Positions 38,345 to 48,630 of a stretch of 64,000 nt of DNA are shown one piece after another. Made by a program: the position numbers and the translations under genes. The stretch's first letter is position 1, and each line of letters starts with the position of its first letter. The DNA is taken from IMG/VR virus record IMGVR_UViG_3300032046_005540, positions 104,268-168,267 of that record. One strand, 5' to 3'. The notes under the pieces are model-generated. The model was not told the DNA's origin. It saw only the letters and a program-made list of their open reading frames with translations, and did no database searches. The DNA comes from a virus.

Positions 38345-41052
38345 ACTAACACCTTCCCAGTAATTTCTAACTCTTTTCCTTCTACTGTCAAAATATATAT
38401 TGTGAATTCTAACTCCGTAGTAGAAATTTCTGTGATTTCAACTTTTTTAACACTGTCAATCAATTCTCTCGGCGAAAAATAACCGTCTCCAACACCTTTG
38501 TTTGCTTCTCTTTTTTGATATTTCATTAAATTAAAAATAGAATTTAGTAAATCTGATTTTATTATTGGTTTTAAATCATCTATTGGAACTTGTCCTACCC
38601 TCTTTTTAAGATTTGCTCCATATTCAGGGTGAAAAGGATTAAAATCTGTTATTGTAATCTTTTCTAATTCTTGAGCCAATTTTGTTTCATCCCATACTTG
38701 AGGAACTAATCCTCCAGCATCAAATTGAATATCATAATAAAAACCAGTTCCTAAACATCTAGGACAAGTATTTAAAGTAAATTGACCTCTATTTGGTAAA
38801 TAATGAGTACAAGGCCATTTTAATTGAGGTTCTCTATAAGGAGTTCTACGTATTAAAATAGGCCCTATTTTAGGAATACTCCAAGCAAATGGAGGTTCTA
38901 TAGGTTTTATAAAAACTTCATCACATCCAATATCAAATCCAAGTCCCATCGGGCGATTTTGTAAATCATAATCAATATAAACACCTACATTATAAGAAGA
39001 CCCATCCCAATCTGTCCATTGTATAAGTGCATTATCAACACAAGGAGAAAGCACTTTTATATGAAATCCATCTCCTTCAAACAAAGGATTTCCTTCATAA
39101 GAATTTAAATCTTGAGATGATCCTGATTGCCATAAAGTTAAAGTATCCCAATAGTTTGCTCCTTCATATGCAAATACTTGTCCCACATCTCCATATTGAT
39201 AAAAGTTACCATCAAAAATACATTCATCAATAGAACCTGCTGGTATTGAAATAACGGGGTCTGATCCAACGGAAGGAGCACTACTTTCTTTTACACATTT
39301 CATTATATTATTTATAACTATATCATACCTACTACCATTAAAACAATAACCTCCTACAACTGCTCTTCCATGGGGATGAATAAAAGTATTATGAAAATAA
39401 AAATTAGCACAACCATTTGCAGTATACATTGCATATCTAGCATAATTTATTGCTCCAAAAAATGGACTCGCCCACGCTACGTTATTAATAAATTTACATC
39501 CCCAAACCCCACCACAAAAAAATCCATGATCCACTCTACATTGTTCAAATTCTAACCCATGTCCTCCCCAAGATACTACTCCTGCATGTACAGTATCAAT
39601 ATATGTAAAAAAATCATAAAAATAAATATTAGAAACTCTAATATGGTGTCTTGGCATCGTAAGATAATAAGGGTATTGGGCAGACATATTTAAAAAGAAT
39701 TTTATTTTTATATCTCCAGGAAGATCTCCAGTATAAATTCCTTTTTTATCTCCTACCCACGTGGTATATGATCCTGAAATTGATGCATAAAAGCCTTCAT
39801 CATATGTTCCAGAACCTATATATACAATATCATAAGGGCTAACAGTATCTGTAGCTTTCCTAATAGTTTTCCAAGCATTACTTGGACTTAAACCATCATT
39901 TGCATTATCTCCACTTGTTCTTACATAATAAGTTTTAGTATAAAGTTCTGGAATATCTTGAAATTCATAACATCCTTTACAAACTGAAGATCCAGATCTT
40001 AAATTATATTCTATATCAAAATATGGAACAAGACCAAATGATCCAGTTGGAGCACCTGTGTTTACACAAGGAGATAAATTAAATAACTTGTACCCAGATG
40101 CATTTTGATAAAATCCTCTTAAATATGTCCATCCTTCTGTAGCATTTCCATCTAATCCTGTATCTGCTTGCCACTGTGTTAAATTTTTTATACCATAACC
40201 AAAATTTCCTTCATAATATTCATAATGATTATAATCACAATATTGCCAAATTACATTTCCTCCACAGTAATAATTATATACTCCACCACATTTATTACTA
40301 AAATTAATGAAAATATTATTAATGCTTGAAACATATATTGGATCAGTTGCAGTCATAGCAACCACTCCAGTCACCCCGACCACAGCAGACATTTGCAAAG
40401 TGCAATTAATTATTTTTAAATCAATAGCTACATGAAAAGAATTGTTATTATTTGAGGAAACACACCCAATAATTTTTTCTGCATAACCCAATAAACAATT
40501 TGTAAATTGACCATTGGCATTACCAATACCACTACTTTCTGCAATTTTACATTTATCTAAATATCCTATACAATTTCCAGGATTTTTACCAACAGAACTT
40601 TCTATATTTACCGAACCTCCATAATAATAAATCCCTCCAGACCATACACCATAATGTGAAAAAATATCAAAACCCTCAACATTTATAACAGCATCTTGAA
40701 TTATAACAAAATCAACTTGCACAGGTCCAGGAGTATCATCTGTAAGCCATTGACAATTTGGATCTGCTAAAAAATAAACAGGAATTGTTGAAAGCCCTCC
40801 TTGTTTTGCCCAGATATGGTTTCCTGTAGAACTATAAGGATCTTCTCCAGATGTATAAGTTCCAGGACCTACATGAATAGTATCTCCTTCTCTTATAATT
40901 CCTGAATAAATTGCTGCATTACACGGAGCAAATGTCTGCCAAGCATCGTCTTTACTAGTTCCACTATTTGAATCATTTCCATTTTGTTTAGAAATATACC
41001 AATCGGCAGCTATTTCAGCGTTAGAAGTAATAATTTGTTGTTTAATAACCAA
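38341..41052 (-). CDS. Double beta-helix protein fused to a C-terminal gp25-like wedge domain (TTG start)
   Basis: Two beta-helix units (GNDSNSG..AWQT; GDNANDG..AWKT); C-terminal CTH...CPRCLGTG...KLAQELEKITIT.FNPFHPEYG. Confidence 0.75.
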   Translation of the reverse strand: MVIKQQIITSNAEIAADWYISKQNGNDSNSGTSKDDAWQTFAPCNAAIYSGIIREGDTIHVGPGTYTSGEDPYSSTGNHIWAKQGGLSTIPVYFLADPNCQWLTDDTPGPVQVDFVIIQDAVINVEGFDIFSHYGVWSGGIYYYGGSVNIESSVGKNPGNCIGYLDKCKIAESSGIGNANGQFTNCLLGYAEKIIGCVSSNNNNSFHVAIDLKIINCTLQMSAVVGVTGVVAMTATDPIYVSSINNIFINFSNKCGGVYNYYCGGNVIWQYCDYNHYEYYEGNFGYGIKNLTQWQADTGLDGNATEGWTYLRGFYQNASGYKLFNLSPCVNTGAPTGSFGLVPYFDIEYNLRSGSSVCKGCYEFQDIPELYTKTYYVRTSGDNANDGLSPSNAWKTIRKATDTVSPYDIVYIGSGTYDEGFYASISGSYTTWVGDKKGIYTGDLPGDIKIKFFLNMSAQYPYYLTMPRHHIRVSNIYFYDFFTYIDTVHAGVVSWGGHGLEFEQCRVDHGFFCGGVWGCKFINNVAWASPFFGAINYARYAMYTANGCANFYFHNTFIHPHGRAVVGGYCFNGSRYDIVINNIMKCVKESSAPSVGSDPVISIPAGSIDECIFDGNFYQYGDVGQVFAYEGANYWDTLTLWQSGSSQDLNSYEGNPLFEGDGFHIKVLSPCVDNALIQWTDWDGSSYNVGVYIDYDLQNRPMGLGFDIGCDEVFIKPIEPPFAWSIPKIGPILIRRTPYREPQLKWPCTHYLPNRGQFTLNTCPRCLGTGFYYDIQFDAGGLVPQVWDETKLAQELEKITITDFNPFHPEYGANLKKRVGQVPIDDLKPIIKSDLLNSIFNLMKYQKREANKGVGDGYFSPRELIDSVKKVEITEISTTELEFTIYILTVEGKELEITGKVLV

Positions 41053-41061
41053 AGTATCTCC

Positions 41062-41580
41062 TTACATCACATTTAAAAGTTCAATCCAGCGATCTATTAA
41101 AGCTAATCGAGCCGTTAATTGTTGTTGTGCCCTTGTTGATAAATTTAAAGCCGCATTCGCACTGTTCAGGCGATAGTGTATTTCTGATAAAATATCCTCC
41201 ACATCTGAGAATCCTTCTATCCTTAATCCAGAAACTCCTGCTCCTTTAATCATACTTCGTAACAATTCTTGTAGTTGTGGGCAGTTTTGTACTACATCTC
41301 CGAAATGAGTTACATTAATTATATTTTTCACTGCTCCTAATTTATTGCCAACTGCAACAAACAAATTGTTAAATTTTTCCGAAAGCATATTATTTCTCTG
41401 AATTTGAAAAGCCAATTTGTTTACTTTTAGTTCTAACAAACTTCTTTGCTGTTGCAAAAATAGTTTCAAAGCATTTCGAACAGGATAAGATAAAGATAAA
41501 AGGGCAACAAGGAAACAAGTAGAAAATCCTGTTTTTTTATGAAGTTCATCGACTAATTCCTGTGTTATAGTATCAATCAT
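41062..41580 (-). CDS. Hypothetical coiled-coil protein in the baseplate module
   Basis: ORF track; helical, heptad-like composition. Confidence 0.65.
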   Translation of the reverse strand: MIDTITQELVDELHKKTGFSTCFLVALLSLSYPVRNALKLFLQQQRSLLELKVNKLAFQIQRNNMLSEKFNNLFVAVGNKLGAVKNIINVTHFGDVVQNCPQLQELLRSMIKGAGVSGLRIEGFSDVEDILSEIHYRLNSANAALNLSTRAQQQLTARLALIDRWIELLNVM

Positions 41581-41610
41581 TTTTTTCCTAAATTTTTTAT
41601 TTGTTTATTT

Positions 41611-42717
41611 TTATATTACAATTCTTAACTCATTTTTTACTTCTTCTGCATTATTCAAAATATCATCTTCCCAAAACCTTAATAAAACAAATCCACTATC
41701 TTTTGCTACCTTATTTTTAATAAAATCTCTTTGTTTTATTTCTTTTTGCCTTTCATTTAATTTACTAAACTTTTTAGGATTCCCATGCCAGTAGTCTCCA
41801 TCTACTTCTACCAAAATGTTTGAATTACTAATATAAAAATCAAATGAATATCCTTTCAAACGATATTGATGTTCAAAGGGAATGTTTAATTCATTAAGAA
41901 TCTCTTTCATTTTAAGTTCTGGTTTAGTATCTTTAAAAGGACCTTTATACTTTTTTATATTTTGTGCTCCTATTTCTTTATACGTCCTTAAAACATACCC
42001 ATTTCTTTTAACAACACTTGTTATCGTAGCATTACCACAACTCCACTTTTGTGCTAAAGTAGTAGTGCTTGGCTTCTCTTCTGAAAAATATTCATTACAA
42101 ATTTCTACTTCTTGTTCTTTTGAAAATTTATGTTTCTTTTGTTTTGTTTCCTCAGAAAATTTTCTACCTGTTAATGTTTTACTTATTTTTTCTTTTGTAA
42201 CATTGAGCATAGGGTTATGTTTTTTACCTTTAGTTGAATTACTTACTTTTTTTACTCTTTCATCAGTTTCTTTAGTAAGGTCTTTATTCCAAGCTTTACG
42301 TCCCATACAAGATATACTTAAATTATTTCTTTGTTCTTCAGAACGTTTTTGTCCTTTAAGTTTATCACTTCCTCTTCTTACTCTTTCATCTGTTTCTTTT
42401 GTTAATCCAATATTCCAAGCTTTTTGACCTTTGTGACATTCACTACTATTTCTTAATTTATATCCATTCTTTTTAATGATATTACTTATAGTTACATTAC
42501 TACAATTCCATTTTTTAGCTAAAACATATGTGTTTACTTTTTTATCAGAAAAATATTCAGCACAAATTTGCAATTCTTGCTCTTTTGTAAATGTACAAAG
42601 GTTTCTTTTATGTTCTTCAGAAAGAGGAATATTCTTATTCCAGGCTTTTTGACCTTTATGTGATATACTTGATTTTCTTTTATGTTCTTCAGTTTGTTTA
42701 TACCCTTTTATAAACAT
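41611..42717 (-). mobile_element. Free-standing homing-endonuclease-like gene (two HTH-like modules, NUMOD3-like repeats, DUF559/Vsr-like domain)
   Basis: ICxEYFS module twice; WNxxLTKETDERV twice; VEVDGDYWH; LRFWE. Confidence 0.8.
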
Positions 42718-42729
42718 ATGTCTTTCCTA

Positions 42730-43827
42730 TCATTCTAACTTAACTTTTGTAGATATTTCATTAATAGATTGTTGAACTGGAACACCAGTAAATCCTGAAG
42801 CTGGGTCAGGATGTGTATGCCCATTATAAGTAGTTATAAAATCTGAAAGAACCACAGCCTTTTCGTTTCCTGCTCCCCCCAACAATATATTATCACAAAC
42901 TACTTTTAGTTTTTTATCATTTGCAAGTGACATGGAAACATTCCCTTCCTTGTCTACTGTAAATTCAAATCCTATAGTGCTTTTGGTTCTTATTTGAATA
43001 CATATTTCGTTTCCAGATTCTGCGTGGTTGTCAGTGGTTTCTTCCGGTGAATATACAGTATTTAACCCAGAACCAGTCCTTTTAATTTTCGTTCCTAGAA
43101 TAACTTCAACAAATGGATTATCTACTTCAGGAGCTGTAGTAGGATCTACATCTGCTGTTTCCAAAACTCTTAATCTAAATTCTGTAAATGCTTTACCTCC
43201 ATTTAAAATAGAAGTATTATTCCTTGTAACTAAAACCATTTCTGAATTCTGAGTAGGATCTGGATATGTAGGCATTTCCCGTTTCACTAAACCAAAATCA
43301 AGAACTCCAGCTTCAGTAGTACATTGATAAGTCATACTATTTTGATGAATTACATTATCAGTAGGATCTAATTCCCACCAATCTCCAGTTCCGTCTCGAA
43401 AAACAATTTTCCCAGAGTTTGACATATAAATTTCAGATCCTGTAGGAATAGGAATAGGAAATTGTTGATTTTGATCCGTTTCAAAACCAGAATAACTTCT
43501 CCAAAGTTTTTCTCCTGGTTGTAATTGTTTAGCCTCTCCTGCTTGAACTTGTTTAGCATACCCTATAGGCATATATCTATCAATTTCAGGAATATCTCCT
43601 TCTCTCATCGCAACAAGTATAACTGCTCCTGGAACTGGAAAATCAAAAGAACCAAATGCTGCTTGACTTATAACAATATTATCTCTTCCACTTGGATGAT
43701 CTAACCATTTAATAGCAACAGTCCCTTTTTCAGCATTTACACTTGTTATAACTGCAAGACGATGATATGGAGTTCTAGATAGTAAATGTCCACCAAAAGG
43801 TCTCTCATTTGGAAAGTATCTCCTCAT
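42730..43827 (-). CDS. Baseplate central spike (gpV/gp138-like)
   Basis: N-terminal OB-like region (PVPGAVILV); C-terminal YNGHTH HxH apex motif; follows the hub gene. Confidence 0.8.
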   Translation of the reverse strand: MRRYFPNERPFGGHLLSRTPYHRLAVITSVNAEKGTVAIKWLDHPSGRDNIVISQAAFGSFDFPVPGAVILVAMREGDIPEIDRYMPIGYAKQVQAGEAKQLQPGEKLWRSYSGFETDQNQQFPIPIPTGSEIYMSNSGKIVFRDGTGDWWELDPTDNVIHQNSMTYQCTTEAGVLDFGLVKREMPTYPDPTQNSEMVLVTRNNTSILNGGKAFTEFRLRVLETADVDPTTAPEVDNPFVEVILGTKIKRTGSGLNTVYSPEETTDNHAESGNEICIQIRTKSTIGFEFTVDKEGNVSMSLANDKKLKVVCDNILLGGAGNEKAVVLSDFITTYNGHTHPDPASGFTGVPVQQSINEISTKVKLE

Positions 43828-46205
43828 GACTTAACTCCTCCCCCTCTTATAGTTAACTTTGCTTTAGTATAAGGTTCTGGATCTACAAAACCTGTTTCTC
43901 CTCGAACCATACAATATCTCAAAGGGTCTTTTCCTTCTACATAACCTATAGGTTGATATTTAGAAATTTCATCTTCTACAGAAACATTAAGTGAGACCAA
44001 TCCATAATAATGTGTTTCGTATTGACCACCTTTAGATTTTATTTTCACAAAATCTGCATCGCTTTCTATAACAATTCCATTATGAGTTGCATATACTTCA
44101 GCTTGTTTTACTTTTAAAGTCGGATTTGTTAATTTTAAAGAGCTTAAATCTATTCCGTTAGGTAATTGTTCATTTTCTCCCGAACTATTAACTCTATATC
44201 TTGTTTGCCCTGGATAAGAAGTTTCAACCTTATTATTATTGGAAGCACCAAAAGGCCAAATAAGAGGATCATCTTTACTACTTTTTGAAGTAACTGCTGC
44301 ATGAACAGCTGTTGATTCCATAGTAACATTTCTTCTTCCAACTTCTCCATCAGTAGCAGAATATCGAGTATACGCTAAAGTTTCTGGAAGACGTTCCCAA
44401 GGCTTTCTTCCATAAGTTAATCCTAAAGTTGTAGTAAATGTTTCACCAAAAGCAAAATTATGAGTTATTGAATGAACATAATATATCATATTACGAAAAG
44501 GTATATATACTGGCATTGCCATTCTTATTTCAGGTCTTCCAACTATTGTAATAGTTCCAGTTCTTCTTTCCGCAAATGTTCTAAAAAGTAATGATTGTGC
44601 ATAATAATAACAATCAGCAGCAGTTCTTACAAATGGATGACTTACCGTAAGCATTCTTCTACCATATTTAAAAATAAGTCCAGAATCCTCATAAAAATTT
44701 ACATAATTAAAAGGATATTGGACTCCTTCAATCATATCCATCTGCCCTACAACTAAAATAGAAGTAATTAAAGATTCATCACTTTCGGTATTCCCCCAAC
44801 TAAGAATATCTTCATTTCTCAAAATATAAACTTCCGGTATATCTTCAGTAAGTATATGTCTATTATCAAATCTTGGTTGATGATACCAAATATCTCCATT
44901 AGCATCAGCATAAAATTCAAAATTAGATGTTTTTGCTATTTCATAAATAATTTCTAAATGAGTTCTATATTCATTATCATAACTATCATAAGTAGTTCTA
45001 GCAAATCTTTTATAAGGAGTCTTTTGTAATTCTCCCATATCAGAATATTCTTGCTTTTCCATAGGAATTTGAATATGTATTCTTGATTTCTGAAACAACT
45101 TATCCAAATCAGATACATCTTCACTTACAACAATTCCTTCTTTAGTATTTTCAAAAGTAAGAGGACTAAGAATAGGAGTTTTTCCTCTAACTGAAGTAAA
45201 AAGTAAAGAAGACTCAGGACTTAACATAGGATTAAATTCAAATTCGCCAACTCCCCTCACTTTTAAACCTTCTGCGTCAATTCCCCCTAAAACTAAAAGT
45301 TTAATAATCTGCCAAGGTTCCATACCAGTAAAACGCTTCGACCACATTCTCATAGTATCAGCACCAGCATCTGGAAGACCTTCAGTAAGAGTTGAAGGAT
45401 TTACATTAGCATAAGTCATTTTTAACCATTTAGTAACATCTTCTCCAGAAATTGTTATTTTTGAAAAATTTTCAGAGTATTCATCACTAATTGAATTTAC
45501 AATTCCAGTAAAAGCAACAATATATTCATAAGGAATGCTTTCATTATAAAATCTTCGAGAAAATAAAACTACAACCCGATCCATAGGACTAAAAACACAT
45601 CTTCCCTGATCCACCATTCCTTCATATTTTTCATAAAAATCTAAATTTGGACGAGAGTCTTTAACAACAGAGTCAAGATCCGTTCCTGTTAACTCAACAA
45701 AAGTATCAACACTTTCTAATTGTTCTTTTGCATGTTCTTCTAACCATTCTTTATTTTGAGCTTTTTTCCAATAACCAATAAGACCATCTTTTTTATTTTG
45801 ATATCTTTCTAAAATACAAACATCTCCATTAGGTAAAAGAAAAAATCTCTTAAACTCTTCGTGATTTAACCACTCTAAAGCATTTTTATAAGGATAAGAA
45901 GATTTTAATGAAACTGATTTTTTTCCATATATATCTAAAGGAGGATCATTTAAATTTTTAATTTCAAAATCAAGATCATCTTTTATAAAATATCTTTCGT
46001 TTTTGTTATTTAAAGTAATACTAAATGTTCCTGGTTGAGAAGTAATATTTAAAGTAGTATTAATACTAATAATATCACTTATATCCGGAGCGACAATTTT
46101 TTTAGCCTCTCTTAACTTTCCGGAGCCAGTCCATTTTTCATCTAAAAAATAAACAAGAGCTTTTGGAAAATAATGATTAATTCTATGTTTAGTTTCATCT
46201 ATCAT
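43824..46205 (-). CDS. Baseplate hub (gp27/gpD-like) with a degenerate C-terminal M23-like domain
   Basis: PGTFSITL; FTGIV; FEFYADANG; GRPEIR; YYVHSITHNF; C-terminal WP...GID...VYATHNG...IGYV...VDP. Confidence 0.75.
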   Translation of the reverse strand: MIDETKHRINHYFPKALVYFLDEKWTGSGKLREAKKIVAPDISDIISINTTLNITSQPGTFSITLNNKNERYFIKDDLDFEIKNLNDPPLDIYGKKSVSLKSSYPYKNALEWLNHEEFKRFFLLPNGDVCILERYQNKKDGLIGYWKKAQNKEWLEEHAKEQLESVDTFVELTGTDLDSVVKDSRPNLDFYEKYEGMVDQGRCVFSPMDRVVVLFSRRFYNESIPYEYIVAFTGIVNSISDEYSENFSKITISGEDVTKWLKMTYANVNPSTLTEGLPDAGADTMRMWSKRFTGMEPWQIIKLLVLGGIDAEGLKVRGVGEFEFNPMLSPESSLLFTSVRGKTPILSPLTFENTKEGIVVSEDVSDLDKLFQKSRIHIQIPMEKQEYSDMGELQKTPYKRFARTTYDSYDNEYRTHLEIIYEIAKTSNFEFYADANGDIWYHQPRFDNRHILTEDIPEVYILRNEDILSWGNTESDESLITSILVVGQMDMIEGVQYPFNYVNFYEDSGLIFKYGRRMLTVSHPFVRTAADCYYYAQSLLFRTFAERRTGTITIVGRPEIRMAMPVYIPFRNMIYYVHSITHNFAFGETFTTTLGLTYGRKPWERLPETLAYTRYSATDGEVGRRNVTMESTAVHAAVTSKSSKDDPLIWPFGASNNNKVETSYPGQTRYRVNSSGENEQLPNGIDLSSLKLTNPTLKVKQAEVYATHNGIVIESDADFVKIKSKGGQYETHYYGLVSLNVSVEDEISKYQPIGYVEGKDPLRYCMVRGETGFVDPEPYTKAKLTIRGGGVKS

Positions 46206-47762
46206 TTATAAATTTACCTCAAACTTTTGGCCTTTGTCATTATACATTATATATGATTTTTTTCTCATATTTAAACTACTAATTTTTAGATTACTTAATT
46301 CATCAAAAAAAGAAGCATCAAAATCTATTATCAAATAATCTCCATACTTACCCCCAAGTGAATGAGCGGTATTTATTACTTGATCTATTGCAATCATTTT
46401 CTCTTGAGGAGTTTTAGCTTGTTCTAACATATTTTTAAATTTTTTAAACAATTGAACTCTACTTCCTTTCCAGTAACCTAAAGTAGTCAAAAATCCAGAA
46501 ATTACTCGATCAAGAAGTTCTTCGTCATAAATACCTTTTGCTTCTTGAATATATAATCTTCTTACTTCTTGTTTTGTAACATAAACCCAAGAACCAAGGG
46601 GTGGAGAGTTAGGATCAATATTTTCTTCACCATTTGCTTTTTTCCTCATATTTAAACTAAATGATATTCCTTCCAATTCTTTTACTCTTTCTTTAGCTTC
46701 TCTACGAACATTGGGATCTGGATCTTTTGTTAATTCTTCTAATGTTATTGGAAAAGTTCCCCGGTTAGTAGCAACCCGATAACGAATTTCAGGATCTGGA
46801 TTTTTAGCAAGTTCTGCTAAAGCTTCAGGAGGAGTAGAAGGATTATAGGCAATATTCATAAGGATATTTTCATTTTTATCTTTTGCAAGTTCTGCTAAAG
46901 CTTCAGGAGGAGTAGAAGGATTATAGGCAACAAACCAACGAATATAATAATCTTTATTTTTTGATAATTCAGCTAAAATTTCTGGAGGTGTTGTAAGACT
47001 TTCTGCAACACTCCAACGAACATCTTCATCTTCATCTTTTGCTAATTCTCTAAATACTTCAAGAAAAGCATTAGGACTTTTTACTAATTTTATTTTCTCA
47101 GATTCAGGTATAGTTAAATATTCTTCTGGGGCTACAACTTCCTGACCTCTTATTTGTAAATCTTCTGTTACAAACTTTTGAATATCAGAAGAAAGATATG
47201 GAATTAGTTGTTCTGGAGTAGCTTGGGCTTTAATATTTAAAGCATCTGAAAACCATTTTTCAACTTTAGGAAAATCGTGAAAAATTAGCCCCTTACTATG
47301 TTCAATGTCATTAATGTGATCTATTATAATTATAAGTTGTTTAGTATCAGCCGTATTAATTAGTTGAATTAAAGATTCAGTAATATCTTCCCAAGCAAAA
47401 CCCCAAAATCCTTTTTTCCATCTTCCCGTTTTATATATATAAGCAATTTGCTCTAAAGTTAAATCTTTAATTTTTATATTTCGATGTATAAGATCCTTCA
47501 ATTCAAATCCAAGTTCTTTTTTCCAATTTTTTTGACCACCAACTAAATAAGTTTCAAACCACTTTTCTAATTCAGCATAAACCATTTTTGTAATTAAAGG
47601 AACATATTCTTCTTTTACTTGCTGAACAATCATATCTTTATATTCTTTAGCATAAGGATTTTGTTCTAAATATTGAGCAGAAAGAAGGCTAACACCATAA
47701 AAATCAAAAAATAGTTGTTTATCAAGTTGAGAGGTTTTACGAAAACTTAATGAATATAACAT
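46206..47762 (-). CDS. Multi-module protein with leucine-rich-variant/HEAT-like repeats
   Basis: About five 26-aa repeats of the type VRxxVAxNPSTPPExLxELAKD. Confidence 0.75.
   Translation of the reverse strand: MLYSLSFRKTSQLDKQLFFDFYGVSLLSAQYLEQNPYAKEYKDMIVQQVKEEYVPLITKMVYAELEKWFETYLVGGQKNWKKELGFELKDLIHRNIKIKDLTLEQIAYIYKTGRWKKGFWGFAWEDITESLIQLINTADTKQLIIIIDHINDIEHSKGLIFHDFPKVEKWFSDALNIKAQATPEQLIPYLSSDIQKFVTEDLQIRGQEVVAPEEYLTIPESEKIKLVKSPNAFLEVFRELAKDEDEDVRWSVAESLTTPPEILAELSKNKDYYIRWFVAYNPSTPPEALAELAKDKNENILMNIAYNPSTPPEALAELAKNPDPEIRYRVATNRGTFPITLEELTKDPDPNVRREAKERVKELEGISFSLNMRKKANGEENIDPNSPPLGSWVYVTKQEVRRLYIQEAKGIYDEELLDRVISGFLTTLGYWKGSRVQLFKKFKNMLEQAKTPQEKMIAIDQVINTAHSLGGKYGDYLIIDFDASFFDELSNLKISSLNMRKKSYIMYNDKGQKFEVNL
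46807..46930. repeat. Perfect 46-bp direct repeat (46807-46852 and 46885-46930) within the LRV repeats
   Basis: gcaagttctgctaaagcttcaggaggagtagaaggattataggcaa occurs twice, 78 nt (26 codons) apart. Confidence 0.85.
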
Positions 47763-47771
47763 TTTATCCTC

Positions 47772-48608
47772 CTAATCACTTTTTCTTTCTCCTTCAGCAA
47801 GTTGACGTAAATATTTCAAAGTATCCGCATTACGAACAAGAGTTTGCTGTATTTCTTGTTGAGCTCTACTAACAGAAGTTGCTTCATATTCTACTGCAAA
47901 TTCTACTCTATATTCAAACTGAAAAGGTTTTTCTCCAACTTCTTCATATCCAAAACTTCTTAAGTGCCCTACAAAAATATTTCCTCTATATTCTAACCCT
48001 AACATTTGCATAAAACCAAGTTCTTGTTGAGTTTGATCTTCTTCATATAATATTTCAAAATCTTTAAATATCCTATAAGCTTCAGAATTATCTTCTGTTG
48101 GACTTGGAATATCGGTTATTGATTGAACATTTTCTGGAGGAGTCGGAGTTACATTTCCAGTCGTTCCTCCAAACGCAATAGTAGATATATCTGGTCCCCA
48201 ATGTTGAAATTCAAAACCACCTCTAGTTCTTATTTTAGTAATTAATTTATTTTTTGCAATGCTAATATTTCGAGGATTTATGTGAAAAGTAAAATATGCC
48301 TTGGCCCCAACATTTTCTTCTTTCTCTTTTCCCATTACATCAAATCTTTCACTATTTCTTATAATAAAAGGAGTATTTTTTTCATCAACATCTCTATAAA
48401 CTCTATAAACCATACCAGCATCTACTTTTTTAGTTAAATCAGTATCATCATTAATTTTTTCCATTGATCCTTCAATAATATATTCTGCTCCTCTTGGAAA
48501 TAATGGATTACTTCGAGTGGCTACATTTATATATCCAGAAACCGTTGCTCCTTTTTCTTCCCTTACTTTATTTAATTTCCAAATTCTTATAATTTCTCTT
48601 TTTCCCAT
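47772..48608 (-). CDS. Tail tube initiator / baseplate-associated protein
   Basis: Directly after tape measure; FHINP..I...K...IRTRGG...QHWG...I.FGGT. Confidence 0.65.
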   Translation of the reverse strand: MGKREIIRIWKLNKVREEKGATVSGYINVATRSNPLFPRGAEYIIEGSMEKINDDTDLTKKVDAGMVYRVYRDVDEKNTPFIIRNSERFDVMGKEKEENVGAKAYFTFHINPRNISIAKNKLITKIRTRGGFEFQHWGPDISTIAFGGTTGNVTPTPPENVQSITDIPSPTEDNSEAYRIFKDFEILYEEDQTQQELGFMQMLGLEYRGNIFVGHLRSFGYEEVGEKPFQFEYRVEFAVEYEATSVSRAQQEIQQTLVRNADTLKYLRQLAEGERKSD

Positions 48609-48630
48609 AAATTACCTTTCATTTACTTTT

